Shown piece after piece: positions 31,586 through 41,939 of a DNA stretch of 64,000 bases. The notes beneath the pieces were generated by a model. That model saw only the letters and a list, made by a program, of their open reading frames with translations. It was not told the DNA's origin and searched no databases. Location of the stretch: the NCBI GenBank assembly GCA_046350755.1, contig JAXLZV010000001.1, forward strand, positions 270,855 through 334,854. The letters are read 5' to 3'. Both the position numbers and the translations under genes were made by a program. Each line of letters opens with the position of its first letter. Position 1 is the first letter of the stretch. This DNA is from Candidatus Saccharimonadota bacterium (GTDB lineage Bacteria; Patescibacteriota; Saccharimonadia; CAILAD01; GCA-016700035).

Positions 31586-32740
31586 CTATCTATTACGAAC
31601 TTTCCATCGAAATAGCCATACCATAATTAAGAAAGAGCCCATAGCAAGTAATCCTCTTAGAAAGATAAAACCGCCACTACTCCCAACCCGGGGCAATTGC
31701 CCAGAAGCCGGAATAACCGATGGGCCTGCTGTGGGGTTGCCGGAAGAAACAGGTGGCGAAACGATTCCGCTCAGTCGACCAATTGCATTCCCATCACCTT
31801 CGACAAACCAAATATTATCATCTAGTCCAGCTACAATACCATTCGGCAAACTAGCATTTGTAGGGATCGAGTACTCAGTAATCACGCCTGATGTCGTTAT
31901 GCGTGCGACGTTATTACCATTTGACTGTGTAAACCATAAGTTATCATCAGGACCTAACGCGATATAGAAAGATGCGCTATTCGCGGTCGGGATGGGGAAC
32001 TCAGTCACTACTCCGCTCGTGGTAATCCGACCAATACTGTTACTCGAAGTTTCGGTAAACCACAAGTTGCCATCAGAGCCAGCTGTAATACCTGCAGGGT
32101 TCGCACCAGGAGTAGAGATCGGAAACTCTGTGACAACACCGCTAGTTGTGATGCGACCAATGTTATTGCCAAGATATTCCGAAAACCATAAATTCCCATC
32201 AGGACCTGAGGTAATAACGGATGGTATCCCGCCTGAAGTAGGAATAGGATATTCGGTTACAACTCCGGCCGTGGTAATGCGACCGATGTTTCCAGCCTGC
32301 TCGGTAAACCACAGATTCCCGTCAGGGCCGACTACCAACCCAACTGGAGTGCTATTTGGAGTTAAGACAGGAAACTCTGTGACAACACCGCTAGTTGTGA
32401 TGCGACCAATGTTATTGCCATTCCCTTCCGTAAACCACAAATTACCATCGGGGCCAGTCACTATAGTTATTGGATAGCTGCTATTAGTGGGTAGCGAGAA
32501 TTCAGTCATCAACCCTGAAGATGTGACACGCCCTATCTGATTGCCATTACTTTCCGTAAACCACAAATTACCATCGGGGCCAGTCGTTATAATACCTAGC
32601 CCACAAGATGGTGTGGGAACAGAAAACTCCGAGAAGGTCGGTGCAGCTAGTGTGTGAACTGGTGAAATCACCGTAATAATGGCAATCACGAAACAAATTG
32701 AGATGACTTTAGTCGTACTCAGAGAAAAGTGAGAAAGCAT
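31586..32740 (-). CDS. Vgb-like beta-propeller surface protein with LPRVG-TM-basic tail
   Basis: Seven ~42-aa GPDGNLWFTE...IGRIT repeats; signal peptide; sortase-like tail. Confidence 0.85.
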   Translation of the reverse strand: MLSHFSLSTTKVISICFVIAIITVISPVHTLAAPTFSEFSVPTPSCGLGIITTGPDGNLWFTESNGNQIGRVTSSGLMTEFSLPTNSSYPITIVTGPDGNLWFTEGNGNNIGRITTSGVVTEFPVLTPNSTPVGLVVGPDGNLWFTEQAGNIGRITTAGVVTEYPIPTSGGIPSVITSGPDGNLWFSEYLGNNIGRITTSGVVTEFPISTPGANPAGITAGSDGNLWFTETSSNSIGRITTSGVVTEFPIPTANSASFYIALGPDDNLWFTQSNGNNVARITTSGVITEYSIPTNASLPNGIVAGLDDNIWFVEGDGNAIGRLSGIVSPPVSSGNPTAGPSVIPASGQLPRVGSSGGFIFLRGLLAMGSFLIMVWLFRWKVRNR

Positions 32741-32819
32741 AACAGAATTGTCTCACTGGACAATCAGGAATGCAAAAACCGGTATCCCATTTACTTACGG
32801 ATTGGACGTAGTGTGACTA

Positions 32820-34367
32820 CTATCGAACACCCGGCGTTGGGAAAGTTTCCGTACGCCTTGTAGCCTGTCGTGAGGTGCGATTGCGGATGATGCCGGCCGC
32901 TGGCACGACGGTAAATGCGAGTGCGGCCGCCAAGAACAGCCAGAGGTTCTCTCCGGTATTCGCGAGGCCGGTGCCCGTCGAACTAGCGGTGGTCGCCAGC
33001 CCAACTGGATCGACGATGATGCCGTTCTCCGCACCATCATCATCCAGGGATCCGCCATCAGTGATGGAGTACGTGAGCTTAAGGGCATGATGGCCGTTCA
33101 GAGTCGTCTCGGTGATAACAGCGCCAGGAATGTCTGAGAATGTCTGAACACTCGAGTGATACTTCCGGGCTGTCACTTGGTTCGGGAGCAGATCAGTCTC
33201 AAAGGTGAGATTGACCACCTGCGTCGAGCCCGTGGGCGCAGTCATGGTGAAGTTCACCAGGCCAAGTGGATACATCTGACCAGTATCTGTCTTGGGTAGC
33301 GAGCTAGCTGCCGTGGCACTCAGAGCTGTAATACTCGTACCATCCCCTGTCTGCAGCTGGATGTCTGGCGAGCCACCTGGCTGATTCACCGTCTTGGTGG
33401 TGATGGGAAGTTCGAGGCGGCCGATGTTGTTAGTTCCCGCTTCAGCGAACCAGATATTGTCTTGGCCGGCGGCAACAACAAAGGTCGAGCTACCGGGGCT
33501 TGGTATCGAGTATTCGGTAATGACTCCAGCTGCGTTAATACGACCTACATTATTGCCAATAATTTCCGCGAACCACATATTACCATCAATTCCGGTAGTT
33601 ATAAATCCTGGAGCAGAGCTCGATGTAGGCACAGGATACTCAGTGATTGTGCCGGCTGGTGTTATACGTCCAATATTATTGCCAGTATTCTCTGTGAACC
33701 ATAGATTGCCGTCAGAGCCACTCGTTATACCAGCTGGGAAACTAGTGAGTGTTGGCGTTGGGAATTCTGTAATACTGCCTGCAGGAGTAATGCGACCAAT
33801 ATTGCTTCCTTCCGCTTCTGTGAACCATAGATTGCCGTCAGAGCCAGCGATAATCCCGAATGGACTGCTCAACTGTGTTGGTATCGGGAATTCGGTGATT
33901 ACGCCAGAAGTTGTAATCCGACCAATATTGTTTCCCGCTGTTTCTGTGAACCAGAGGTTTCCATCGGGTCCTATGGTGATACCAAGTGGCTCACTGTTAG
34001 GGGTTAATATCGAGAATTCTGTAATATCACCACTTGGGGTGATGCGACCAACATTATTGCCTCCCGCCTCTGTGAACCAGAGGTTTCCATCGGGTCCTAT
34101 GGTGATAAATCTCGATAATGAGCCTGGGGTCGGTATTGCATACTCTGTAATATCACCACTTGGGGTGATGCGACCAACATTGTTGCCTCCCGCCTCTGTG
34201 AACCACGTATTACCGTCGGGTCCAGCTACAATACCTGTTGGCATTGCGTTCGGCGTAGATATCGGATACTCCGTAATATCATTCGGCGCAGCTAGCGCCT
34301 TACATGGGACTACTACTGCTAGTGCAGCTACGGTAAGTCCAGTTACTATTAGTCGCCAAGTACGCAC
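32820..34367 (-). CDS. Vgb-like beta-propeller surface protein with choice-of-anchor-U-like domain and LANTG tail
   Basis: Seven repeats; ITDGGSLDDDGAENGIIVDPVG; LANTG followed by TM. Confidence 0.85.
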   Translation of the reverse strand: MRTWRLIVTGLTVAALAVVVPCKALAAPNDITEYPISTPNAMPTGIVAGPDGNTWFTEAGGNNVGRITPSGDITEYAIPTPGSLSRFITIGPDGNLWFTEAGGNNVGRITPSGDITEFSILTPNSEPLGITIGPDGNLWFTETAGNNIGRITTSGVITEFPIPTQLSSPFGIIAGSDGNLWFTEAEGSNIGRITPAGSITEFPTPTLTSFPAGITSGSDGNLWFTENTGNNIGRITPAGTITEYPVPTSSSAPGFITTGIDGNMWFAEIIGNNVGRINAAGVITEYSIPSPGSSTFVVAAGQDNIWFAEAGTNNIGRLELPITTKTVNQPGGSPDIQLQTGDGTSITALSATAASSLPKTDTGQMYPLGLVNFTMTAPTGSTQVVNLTFETDLLPNQVTARKYHSSVQTFSDIPGAVITETTLNGHHALKLTYSITDGGSLDDDGAENGIIVDPVGLATTASSTGTGLANTGENLWLFLAAALAFTVVPAAGIIRNRTSRQATRRTETFPTPGVR

Positions 34368-34723
34368 TACTGTTGAAGACGCTTAAACATAACCAGATTC
34401 TCTCATAGCTGCAAAGGAGTGACAATTGTAGCCAAGCAGTTGCCTCATTGATGTGACCGTTCTATGCACATTGAACGGTATTGACAACGGACTCACAAAC
34501 AGCGAAGACAAGAATAGACACCCGCAAGAGTGCCTATTTGATGTGTTCAATAATTGCCGGTGGAGCTAGGGAGACAGCGGGCTACGCCCTTCCCCCTGCG
34601 TTGCTCGGCATGACATGAGGCAAGCATCAGCCTTGCCTGCGCTACTCGTCCGCCGAACTCCACGGCAGTTCTCACACCCCGATTTACCAAAGTAAAAGGC
34701 CAGCGCTGAGCTGGTCTTTTACT

Positions 34724-35146
34724 TTGGTGGACCTTGTGAGTCAGTATTCGCGGTCACGGTTGCATCTGGAAAGGCGAACCATAACCGGATTCAATACGAA
34801 CGTGAGATGGATCGGGGCGAAGGGATCGTCTGTCGAGGGTGGTTCTGCGGTACACACCCTCTCTACATCTCGCCATCGGCACTTGTCGTCAAATGAGGCC
34901 GCAGAGCTTGTAGCTCGATACCGAAGTGGAGAGAAGATCAAGGATCTAGCTGCCAGCTACAAGATTCACCGCTCCACGGTGATGGCGCACCTCCGCAGAG
35001 CTGGGGAGCTGAAGCACAAGGGCTGGACCGACGAAACAACGGCCGAAGCCAGGAAGCTCAGAGCTGCCGGCCTAACGATCGTGGAGGTCGCAGCCAGACT
35101 TGGACGACCACCGTCGACGGTCCAGAGACGGCTGAACCAGAATTAA
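34724..35146 (+). CDS. HTH protein, paralog 1
   Basis: ELVARYRSGEKIKDLAASYKIHRSTVMAHL plus a second HTH; start uncertain. Confidence 0.75.
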   Translation: MVDLVSQYSRSRLHLERRTITGFNTNVRWIGAKGSSVEGGSAVHTLSTSRHRHLSSNEAAELVARYRSGEKIKDLAASYKIHRSTVMAHLRRAGELKHKGWTDETTAEARKLRAAGLTIVEVAARLGRPPSTVQRRLNQN

Positions 35147-35208
35147 ATAGAAAAGGGCCCTCGCTTTCGAGGACCCGTGTGCCTAGAGGCGCAGCCCAAG
35201 GCATCGTG

Positions 35209-35625
35209 TCAGATCTTTAGCACGCGCTTGACTTTGGCGAGCTCAGCGCCGGTTCGCTTCCGCTGCCGTGAGCGCTTATCAGCCTCGCGCTTGACGGCGG
35301 GTTGCTGCATGAGAGCTTCCTGGCAGAACGCCACGAACAGGTCCTGGGCCAACATGACCCAACCTGAGGCTTCGCGGATCATGCCTTCACTCTCCATGGA
35401 CAGCTCGGCCCAGTTCGGAAAGGCACGGATCATCTCGACCAGCATGACTCTGGCTTCGTCGATCGTGTCGATCTTCGCTCGGGCGGCGTAGTAGGCGGCG
35501 TCTTCGAGGTTCAGCGGCCAGCGCTCCCCGTTCTCCTCAACGAGCGTGTAACTCATGAATACACGCTTCGCCTCCTCCGCCAAGCCATTGAACAGAACGG
35601 ACGGGGTGTCTGTCATCGTGGGCAT
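35209..35625 (-). CDS. Orphan protein (cassette-like)
   Basis: SD GGAGG, GTACTT at 35675-80, terminator ~35152-35176. Confidence 0.6.
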   Translation of the reverse strand: MPTMTDTPSVLFNGLAEEAKRVFMSYTLVEENGERWPLNLEDAAYYAARAKIDTIDEARVMLVEMIRAFPNWAELSMESEGMIREASGWVMLAQDLFVAFCQEALMQQPAVKREADKRSRQRKRTGAELAKVKRVLKI

Positions 35626-35882
35626 TTGCTCCTCCGAACGTCATGCTGACTCTCAGCAGGACGTGGAAAGGAGCAAGTACTTTGCGAACAGCGGAACCCG
35701 CACACTTTACCATATTTAATCAATTTTGGGAATACCGCGGGATGCATCAAAGGCGGTTGACGCGCAGCTCACAAACTGAGAAGACGAAAATAGACCCTTG
35801 CATAGGGCCTACATCTTGAATATCATCTGTCCTACAGCTTCTGAAAGATGTCAGAAGTCGGGTTTCTATTGGTGTCTTACTG

Positions 35883-36296
35883 GTGGACGTACTGAGACAG
35901 TATTCGCGGTTAGCTGCCTATCTCGAAAACCGAACCATAACCGGTTTTCATCCGAACACGAGATGGGTTGGCGCCAAGGGATCGTCCGTCGAGGCCGTCC
36001 AGCCGTCACTCTCTACATCTCGCCATCGGCGCCTGTCGTCAAGTGAAGTGGCCGAGCTCGTAGCTCGATATAGAGGCGGCGAGAAGATCAAAGACCTGGC
36101 TGTCAGCTACAAGATCCACCGCTCCACCGTGATGGCACACCTCCGCAAGGCCGGAGAGCTGAAGCACAAGGGGTGGACCGACGAAACCACGGCCGAGGCA
36201 CGATGGCTCCGGGATGCCGGGCTGACGATCGCGGAGATTGCGGCCAGGCTCGGCCGACCGCCTTCGACGGTGCAGAGGCGGCTGAGTCGGGGTTAA
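35883..36296 (+). CDS. HTH protein, paralog 2
   Basis: Highly similar to 34724..35146 along its whole length. Confidence 0.75.
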   Translation: MDVLRQYSRLAAYLENRTITGFHPNTRWVGAKGSSVEAVQPSLSTSRHRRLSSSEVAELVARYRGGEKIKDLAVSYKIHRSTVMAHLRKAGELKHKGWTDETTAEARWLRDAGLTIAEIAARLGRPPSTVQRRLSRG

Positions 36297-36697
36297 TGCA
36301 TTGAATGGTCCATCATCATCGATGAATCGTAAGTTCCGTAGCCCCAATCTGAATACCAAGCTTCCATACGATCAATCTCAGATGTTTGAGCAGCAATAAT
36401 GTCACGACCCAGCGCCTTCACTTCCTCATGCTTGGCACGATCGTTGATCAATTCAGCCATCTCTATCGCCCCCTCGTGATGAGGAATCATCTGACGGATG
36501 AACTCCTTGTCAAACTCATCCCCCTCTTTATCGCGCAACATCGCAACCATGTGATCCATCGAACCTTCGCTATACATCATCTGAGACTTATCGATCGACT
36601 GCGGTTCAGACTTTGCAGTTGCCTGCATCACACCAAACGTCACGCTTGCCCCAACAATGAGACCTACTATTCCAAACAAGATCTGCTCTTTATTCAT
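36293..36697 (-). CDS. DUF305 (CopM-like) metal-binding protein
   Basis: FDKEFIRQMIPHHEGAIEMA, IIAAQTSEI. Confidence 0.9.
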   Translation of the reverse strand: MNKEQILFGIVGLIVGASVTFGVMQATAKSEPQSIDKSQMMYSEGSMDHMVAMLRDKEGDEFDKEFIRQMIPHHEGAIEMAELINDRAKHEEVKALGRDIIAAQTSEIDRMEAWYSDWGYGTYDSSMMMDHSMH

Positions 36698-36722
36698 AAT
36701 TACTCCCTCCATCTACATTTTG

Positions 36723-38753
36723 CTACGAACTATGATCCTCGGGCCGCAGCTGCACCCTGCGCAGCAATTGCGCATTCAGTGCGACGACCACGGTGGAAGC
36801 ACTCATCAAGATTGCTCCCGCCGCGGGCGACAACGTGAGGCCAGCAAATGCGAACACGCCCGCAGCCAACGGGATTGCCATAACGTTGTACCCGGCTCCC
36901 CATACAAGGTTCTGCACCATTTTGTTGTAGCTTGCCCGCGAGAGCTTGATCACTCCTACAACTCCACGAGGATCGGATGATGCGAGCACCACACCGGCAG
37001 ACTCGATCGCAACATCGGTGCCTGCACCGATAGCGAGTCCGACATCTGCGCGAGCAAGAGCCGGTGCGTCGTTCACACCATCTCCCACCATGGCGACTTT
37101 TCGGCCACGCCCCATAAGGTCGGACACCGCCCGGTCTTTGTCATCGGGCAGCACCTCAGCAAACACTTCGTCGATCTCGAGCTGTTTGGCGACCGACTCC
37201 GCTACTTGCTTAGCGTCGCCAGTAATCATGGCGGAGCGGATACCCAGGCTACGCAGAGTATTGATCGCGCTTTCCGACTCGGGACGAATTGCATCCTCAA
37301 GTGCAAACGCACCGACTATCTGCTTGCCACGGATCACATGCAGGACGGCTGCTCCACGAGCGCGCCAGGCATCTGTATGCTTTGCGAGTCCTGCAGGTTC
37401 AACCAGCTCCCGTTCATTGAGTAAGGCTGGTCCACCAACAGCCACCTGTGCTCCATCGACTGTCGCCTCTACCCCACGTCCGGTCAGACTGCGAACTCGC
37501 GTAGCTTTTCCTCGTGCATCCATCTCCTTAGCTTTCGAAACGATTGCTCGAGCCAGTGGATGCTCACTTTCTGCCTCTACGGCTGAGGCGATCTTGAGAA
37601 GCTGCTTCTCGCCAATTCCATGAGTTGCTAGATTGGTAACTCGGTGCTCACCCAGGGTGAGAGTGCCAGTCTTATCAAACAAAACTGTATCGACTGTCCT
37701 CATTCGCTCCAGTGCGAGCCGACTCTTCACCAAGATGCCCGCCCGTGCCGACACTGCGGTTGAAACAGCAATAGTCAAAGGAATCGCCAAGCCAAGCGCA
37801 TGCGGGCAGGCAATCACAAGAACGGTGACCGTGCGCTCAATTGCCGCGTCAACGTTGCCAAGCGCAGTCCATACTACAAAAGTAACCAGGCCAGATATCA
37901 CAGCAACATAGAAGAGCATCGCGGCAAACCTGTCCGCTAGTACCTGTGCTTTGGACTGCGACTGCTGGGCTTCTTGCACGAGACGCTGGATGCCAGCCAG
38001 TGCCGTGTCATCACCAACTGCGGAGACTCGGACTCGGATAGACGAATCTGTAGAGACAGTGCCGGCAACAACACGATCGCCAATGTGCTTGGAGACCGGT
38101 CTCGACTCACCCGTTATCATCGACTCATCCAGAGCTGCATCACCTTCAGTAATCTCGCCATCCGCTGGCACACGAGCCCCCGCCCGGACGAGTACAACAT
38201 CACCGACTATTAGCTGCGCAATACGCACTTTCGTGGGCTCACCATCCTTCCCGATTCGCTCGGCTTCATCTGGCAGCAGCTCCGCAAGAGCCGATAGTGC
38301 CCCTTGCGCCTGCCCAATCGCACGCATCTCTAGCCAATGGCCAAGAAGCATGATCGTTACGAGCGTCGCCAACTCAAACCACAGGTCGACATCGATCAGA
38401 CCCAGAGTGGTTGCAAGCGAAGCCGTGAAAGCAACCAGTAGCCCCATTGAGATGAGCAACATCATTCCCGGCTGACGGGACTTGATCTCATGCCACCCAC
38501 CCTTTAAGAAGACGGGGCCGCCGTAGAGAAATACAGCTGTACCAAAAAGCGGCGCAATCCATTCATGACCCGGAACCATCGGGGCTGTGTAGCCAAGAAG
38601 TTCCTGAAGCATATGACTATAAGCCACGGCGGGCATCGTAAGCAGGAGACAAATCCAGAACTTGCGCCGAAAGACAGCAGGGTCATGTCCTGCATGCTTA
38701 TCGTGGCTGTGTTCAGCTCCGTCGTGATGATCATGGGAATGGTGATTCATCAT
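36723..38753 (-). CDS. copB: Copper-translocating P1B-type ATPase (CopB-like)
   Basis: His-rich N-terminus, TGES, CPHALG, DKTGT, GDGVND. Confidence 0.93.
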   Translation of the reverse strand: MMNHHSHDHHDGAEHSHDKHAGHDPAVFRRKFWICLLLTMPAVAYSHMLQELLGYTAPMVPGHEWIAPLFGTAVFLYGGPVFLKGGWHEIKSRQPGMMLLISMGLLVAFTASLATTLGLIDVDLWFELATLVTIMLLGHWLEMRAIGQAQGALSALAELLPDEAERIGKDGEPTKVRIAQLIVGDVVLVRAGARVPADGEITEGDAALDESMITGESRPVSKHIGDRVVAGTVSTDSSIRVRVSAVGDDTALAGIQRLVQEAQQSQSKAQVLADRFAAMLFYVAVISGLVTFVVWTALGNVDAAIERTVTVLVIACPHALGLAIPLTIAVSTAVSARAGILVKSRLALERMRTVDTVLFDKTGTLTLGEHRVTNLATHGIGEKQLLKIASAVEAESEHPLARAIVSKAKEMDARGKATRVRSLTGRGVEATVDGAQVAVGGPALLNERELVEPAGLAKHTDAWRARGAAVLHVIRGKQIVGAFALEDAIRPESESAINTLRSLGIRSAMITGDAKQVAESVAKQLEIDEVFAEVLPDDKDRAVSDLMGRGRKVAMVGDGVNDAPALARADVGLAIGAGTDVAIESAGVVLASSDPRGVVGVIKLSRASYNKMVQNLVWGAGYNVMAIPLAAGVFAFAGLTLSPAAGAILMSASTVVVALNAQLLRRVQLRPEDHSS

Positions 38754-39043
38754 GATTTCACCAAGCGATCAACTGCTGCTATTGCCTCATCGAGCTTTTC
38801 TCGGCCCGCTACCGAATCACTCCGAACTGCATCCACTACGCAATGATCCAAATGGTCACGCAAAAGCGAAAGCGCTACTCGATCGAGTGCACCGTTAACG
38901 GCACTTACCTGGTCGAGAACGTCGATGCAGTATCGATCCTCGTCAACCATCTTGCGTACGCCTCTGATCTGCCCTTCTATTCGCGACAGTCTCTTCAATA
39001 TTGCCTGTTTGTCAGAGCTGTATCCAGCCATAGCCTTACTCAC
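38750..39043 (-). CDS. csoR: CsoR family metal-sensing repressor
   Basis: RLSRIEGQIRGV, YCIDVL, HLDHC. Confidence 0.93.
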   Translation of the reverse strand: MSKAMAGYSSDKQAILKRLSRIEGQIRGVRKMVDEDRYCIDVLDQVSAVNGALDRVALSLLRDHLDHCVVDAVRSDSVAGREKLDEAIAAVDRLVKS

Positions 39044-39051
39044 CTTAACAT

Positions 39052-39082
39052 CTTCACTATACCCCTAGGGGGTATAGTGAAG
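39052..39082. promoter_or_regulatory. CsoR operator
   Basis: Palindrome CTTCACTATACCCC-TAG-GGGGTATAGTGAAG directly upstream of csoR. Confidence 0.85.
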
Positions 39083-39192
39083 CAAGGCCTGACTCTATGG
39101 AATATAGAATGGCTTGACTCGCAAGCGAGCATGTGTGATGACGAAAACAGGCACCCATAATAGAGTGCCTGTTTGACATGTTCATTAAATCG

Positions 39193-39269
<77 letters not shown>

Positions 39270-39366
39270 TCATAGAACCGCCTCATTGTGCCAGATTTGC
39301 GGAGAATTTTCAAGGCAAAAGTAGAACCCCACCCCCTTTCGGGAGTGGGGCATCTGACCGCGGTGG

Positions 39367-39675
39367 TCAGGAGACGAGAGCGAGCTTCCCCTTGCGGGAG
39401 CGCTTGGGCGCAGCCCGTCGTTTGGGGTATGGCGTCTGCTTCGGATTCGGCTTCGACTTGGCAGCCGGTGCTTCCTCGATCGAGGAGACGTCACGCAGAC
39501 GACCATCGAACTCGTAATCCATCCAGCAGGTCTTGTTACAGAATGCCGGATTGCCCGTGAGGCCGTCGACGTAATCGTACAACGTACGACCAGAAGCGCC
39601 GCAAGCGGCACATTCGTGAGCATCAGCCCGCAATTCGCGAACGGTGCGTCGATGCTTGGTCACCGCAACAGCCAT
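39367..39675 (-). CDS. Orphan Zn-finger-like protein with basic tail (cassette gene)
   Basis: CAAC...FCNKTC; promoter TTGACA(39761-66)-17-TATTTT; GTACCT 39716-21. Confidence 0.65.
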   Translation of the reverse strand: MAVAVTKHRRTVRELRADAHECAACGASGRTLYDYVDGLTGNPAFCNKTCWMDYEFDGRLRDVSSIEEAPAAKSKPNPKQTPYPKRRAAPKRSRKGKLALVS

Positions 39676-39855
39676 GAAGCCTTTGGTTTTGGACAATGTG
39701 CCACTTTCTTGATAGAGGTACAAAAACTAACCCTGTTAAAATATACTTTTTGAGGCTATTTGTCAATAATATCTTCACCCACAAGATGAAATCGAGAACT
39801 TGCGCGAAATTGTTTTCCAGCCGAGATTTCAAGCTCTCTAGACCAGTTTGGATTG

Positions 39856-40401
39856 CTATTTGTCAGCTGCCAGCACAACGTGTTTCTGTGTTCGGGCAAG
39901 CACTTGAGAACTACCAAAGACCGCGTTGAGTTCGCGCTGCACCCAAGGCTTGAGCCGAGCTTCCACGACAAAAACGAGCTGACCACTGGGTTCTAGCCGA
40001 GTATGACTCTCGCGAATCATTGATTCAACAACTTCGCGGCCCCGGTGCGTCGGCGGGTTACTAACAATGAGATCAAACTTTGCTTGCTCATCAAGGTCTT
40101 CATAGCCTGGGCTGGCAAGAATTTCGATATTACTGAGCTGGTTATGCAACACGTTGTGACGACTCACCTTCACAGCGCCAACATCGCTATCAAGTCCAAT
40201 GACTTGTGCCCTCGGACGGTGCGCCGCTAGCCAGACCGACATCGCGCCCCAGCCACAGCCCCAATCCAGGGCTCGTGTGTAGTCGATCGATGCAACCCGC
40301 TCTAACAGCAGCCGAGTCCCCTTATCGAGATCCTTTGGTGAAAACAAATCCGGTCGCGTTTCACACTCGACTTTGGTGTGAGCTATCTCGAAACTTACCA
40401 C
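39856..40401 (-). CDS. RsmC-like class I SAM methyltransferase
   Basis: FS..DLDKGT, LDWGCGWG, SNPP. Confidence 0.85.
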   Translation of the reverse strand: MVSFEIAHTKVECETRPDLFSPKDLDKGTRLLLERVASIDYTRALDWGCGWGAMSVWLAAHRPRAQVIGLDSDVGAVKVSRHNVLHNQLSNIEILASPGYEDLDEQAKFDLIVSNPPTHRGREVVESMIRESHTRLEPSGQLVFVVEARLKPWVQRELNAVFGSSQVLARTQKHVVLAADK

Positions 40402-41660
40402 GTCAGCTCCTGACCATTGACCTCTATGATTGTATGACCTTCACGGGCATCAAGCTGCTTCAACCGACGAAACACGCCAGCTCGCGACATCGAACTGCGC
40501 AGTCGCTCGACAGCCTGGGATTGCTGAAAATTCGTCCGATCGCCCCAGCGCTCAGCGATGCGGCCTTTCAAAATATAACGATCTTTGCCAGCTGGTTCGA
40601 GGTACCAATCGACCACGGACTCAACTGGGACATCAATAATCTTATCTGGATCCACCTCGGGCGTAATCTCCGGAGTAACCTGCAGAGTATGTGCTGTAGC
40701 AGCCAGCAGCTCTTGCAGTCCCTGATGCTCCTGGGCGGATAATTCGAGCACCTCAGCTATCTTGCATTTGGCCGCTCGAGCGAGTGCTTTGCGTTTAGCT
40801 TTGGCGGTCGCGTCATCAATAAAAGCCCGCTTGGACAGCACTACCAGTGTTGGCCGATGAGCTAGCTGTGGGGCATAAGCCACCAGCTCGTCCCGGATAA
40901 TCTGGTAGCTTTTAGCTACATCCAGATCAGTCGCGTCGACGAGATGGATGAGCACGCGCGTACGTTCAACGTGACGCAAGAAATCGTCACCCAAGCCCTT
41001 ACCCTCCGATGCGCCTTCGATGAGTCCGGGTATATCGGCGACCACAAACTCAGTCTTATCAAACCGCGCCACCCCAAGATTTGGCACCAGGGTCGTAAAA
41101 GCATAATCAGCGATTTTCGGACGAGCTGAAGTAATAACTGATAATAGCGTCGACTTACCGGCATTTGGTAGGCCGACGAGGCCGACATCGGCAATCAGCT
41201 TAAGCTCCAACGTCAACTCCTTCTCCCCACCTGGCGCGCCAAGCTCAGCAAATTTAGGGGCTTGAAACGTGCTGGTAGCGAAGTGCGTATTACCCAGACC
41301 ACCGCGCCCACCCTTGGCAACTATCGCCTCATCACCATCGTGCACTAGATCTGCGAGGATGGTGTCACCGTCACGAACGATCGTACCGGGCGGTACGATA
41401 AGCGTCAGATCACCGCCATTCTTGCCGTGACGTTTATTAGTGCCGCCAGCTGTACCAGCTTCGGCTTTCCAGAGAGTTTTAACACGATATTTTGAGAGTG
41501 TTGAGCTATTATGACTGGCGCGGACGATGACATTGCCACCATGACCACCGTCACCACCGTCCGGACCACCTTTCGGCTGATGTCGATTACGCAAAAACGA
41601 GACACGGCCATCTCCACCGCGCCCGGCTTGTACTTGGGCTGTTGCTCGATCAATAAACAT
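40395..41660 (-). CDS. obgE: GTPase ObgE
   Basis: GGPDGGDGG, GLPNAGKS, DIPGLIEGAS. Confidence 0.97.
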   Translation of the reverse strand: MFIDRATAQVQAGRGGDGRVSFLRNRHQPKGGPDGGDGGHGGNVIVRASHNSSTLSKYRVKTLWKAEAGTAGGTNKRHGKNGGDLTLIVPPGTIVRDGDTILADLVHDGDEAIVAKGGRGGLGNTHFATSTFQAPKFAELGAPGGEKELTLELKLIADVGLVGLPNAGKSTLLSVITSARPKIADYAFTTLVPNLGVARFDKTEFVVADIPGLIEGASEGKGLGDDFLRHVERTRVLIHLVDATDLDVAKSYQIIRDELVAYAPQLAHRPTLVVLSKRAFIDDATAKAKRKALARAAKCKIAEVLELSAQEHQGLQELLAATAHTLQVTPEITPEVDPDKIIDVPVESVVDWYLEPAGKDRYILKGRIAERWGDRTNFQQSQAVERLRSSMSRAGVFRRLKQLDAREGHTIIEVNGQELTW

Positions 41661-41756
41661 ACAATTTTTCGTCTGCGAAACTTTGACAGTATAGCATAAA
41701 TATGGTTATATTGCACTAGTCTCGTACCTCACGATGAATGCACAAGGGGGATTTCT

Positions 41757-41936
41757 ATGCGTTCATATCAGCCAATCATCCCGCCATACCTAACCACGGC
41801 GGTATTTCTCGCAATCCTGGCCTGCGTGGCCTTCGTCATCGTCGTCCTGATGATCGCCCTCACCATCGAGGCAATCAGCTTGCGGCGATCGAGGGACACC
41901 ATCCCATCAAGCTCGCAACCACCCAGAGAGAGGTGA
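41757..41936 (+). CDS. 59-aa single-TM orphan (cassette gene; not in ORF track)
   Basis: MRSYQPIIPPYLTTAVFLAILACVAFVIVVLMIALTIEA...; SD AAGGGGG; TTGACA 41683-88; GTACCT 41724-29. Confidence 0.6.
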   Translation: MRSYQPIIPPYLTTAVFLAILACVAFVIVVLMIALTIEAISLRRSRDTIPSSSQPPRER

Positions 41937-41939
41937 ACT

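Noticed and set aside
31586-34367. Streptogramin resistance (vgb) call
   Set aside because: Signal peptides and wall-anchor tails indicate surface propellers; lyase activity is not supported
31731-34386. Long plus-strand ORFs (e.g. 33394..34386) and ~126-nt periodic repeats as a CRISPR array
   Set aside because: Antisense shadows of the Vgb-like genes; the repeats are in-frame protein repeats, not repeat-spacer units; no cas genes
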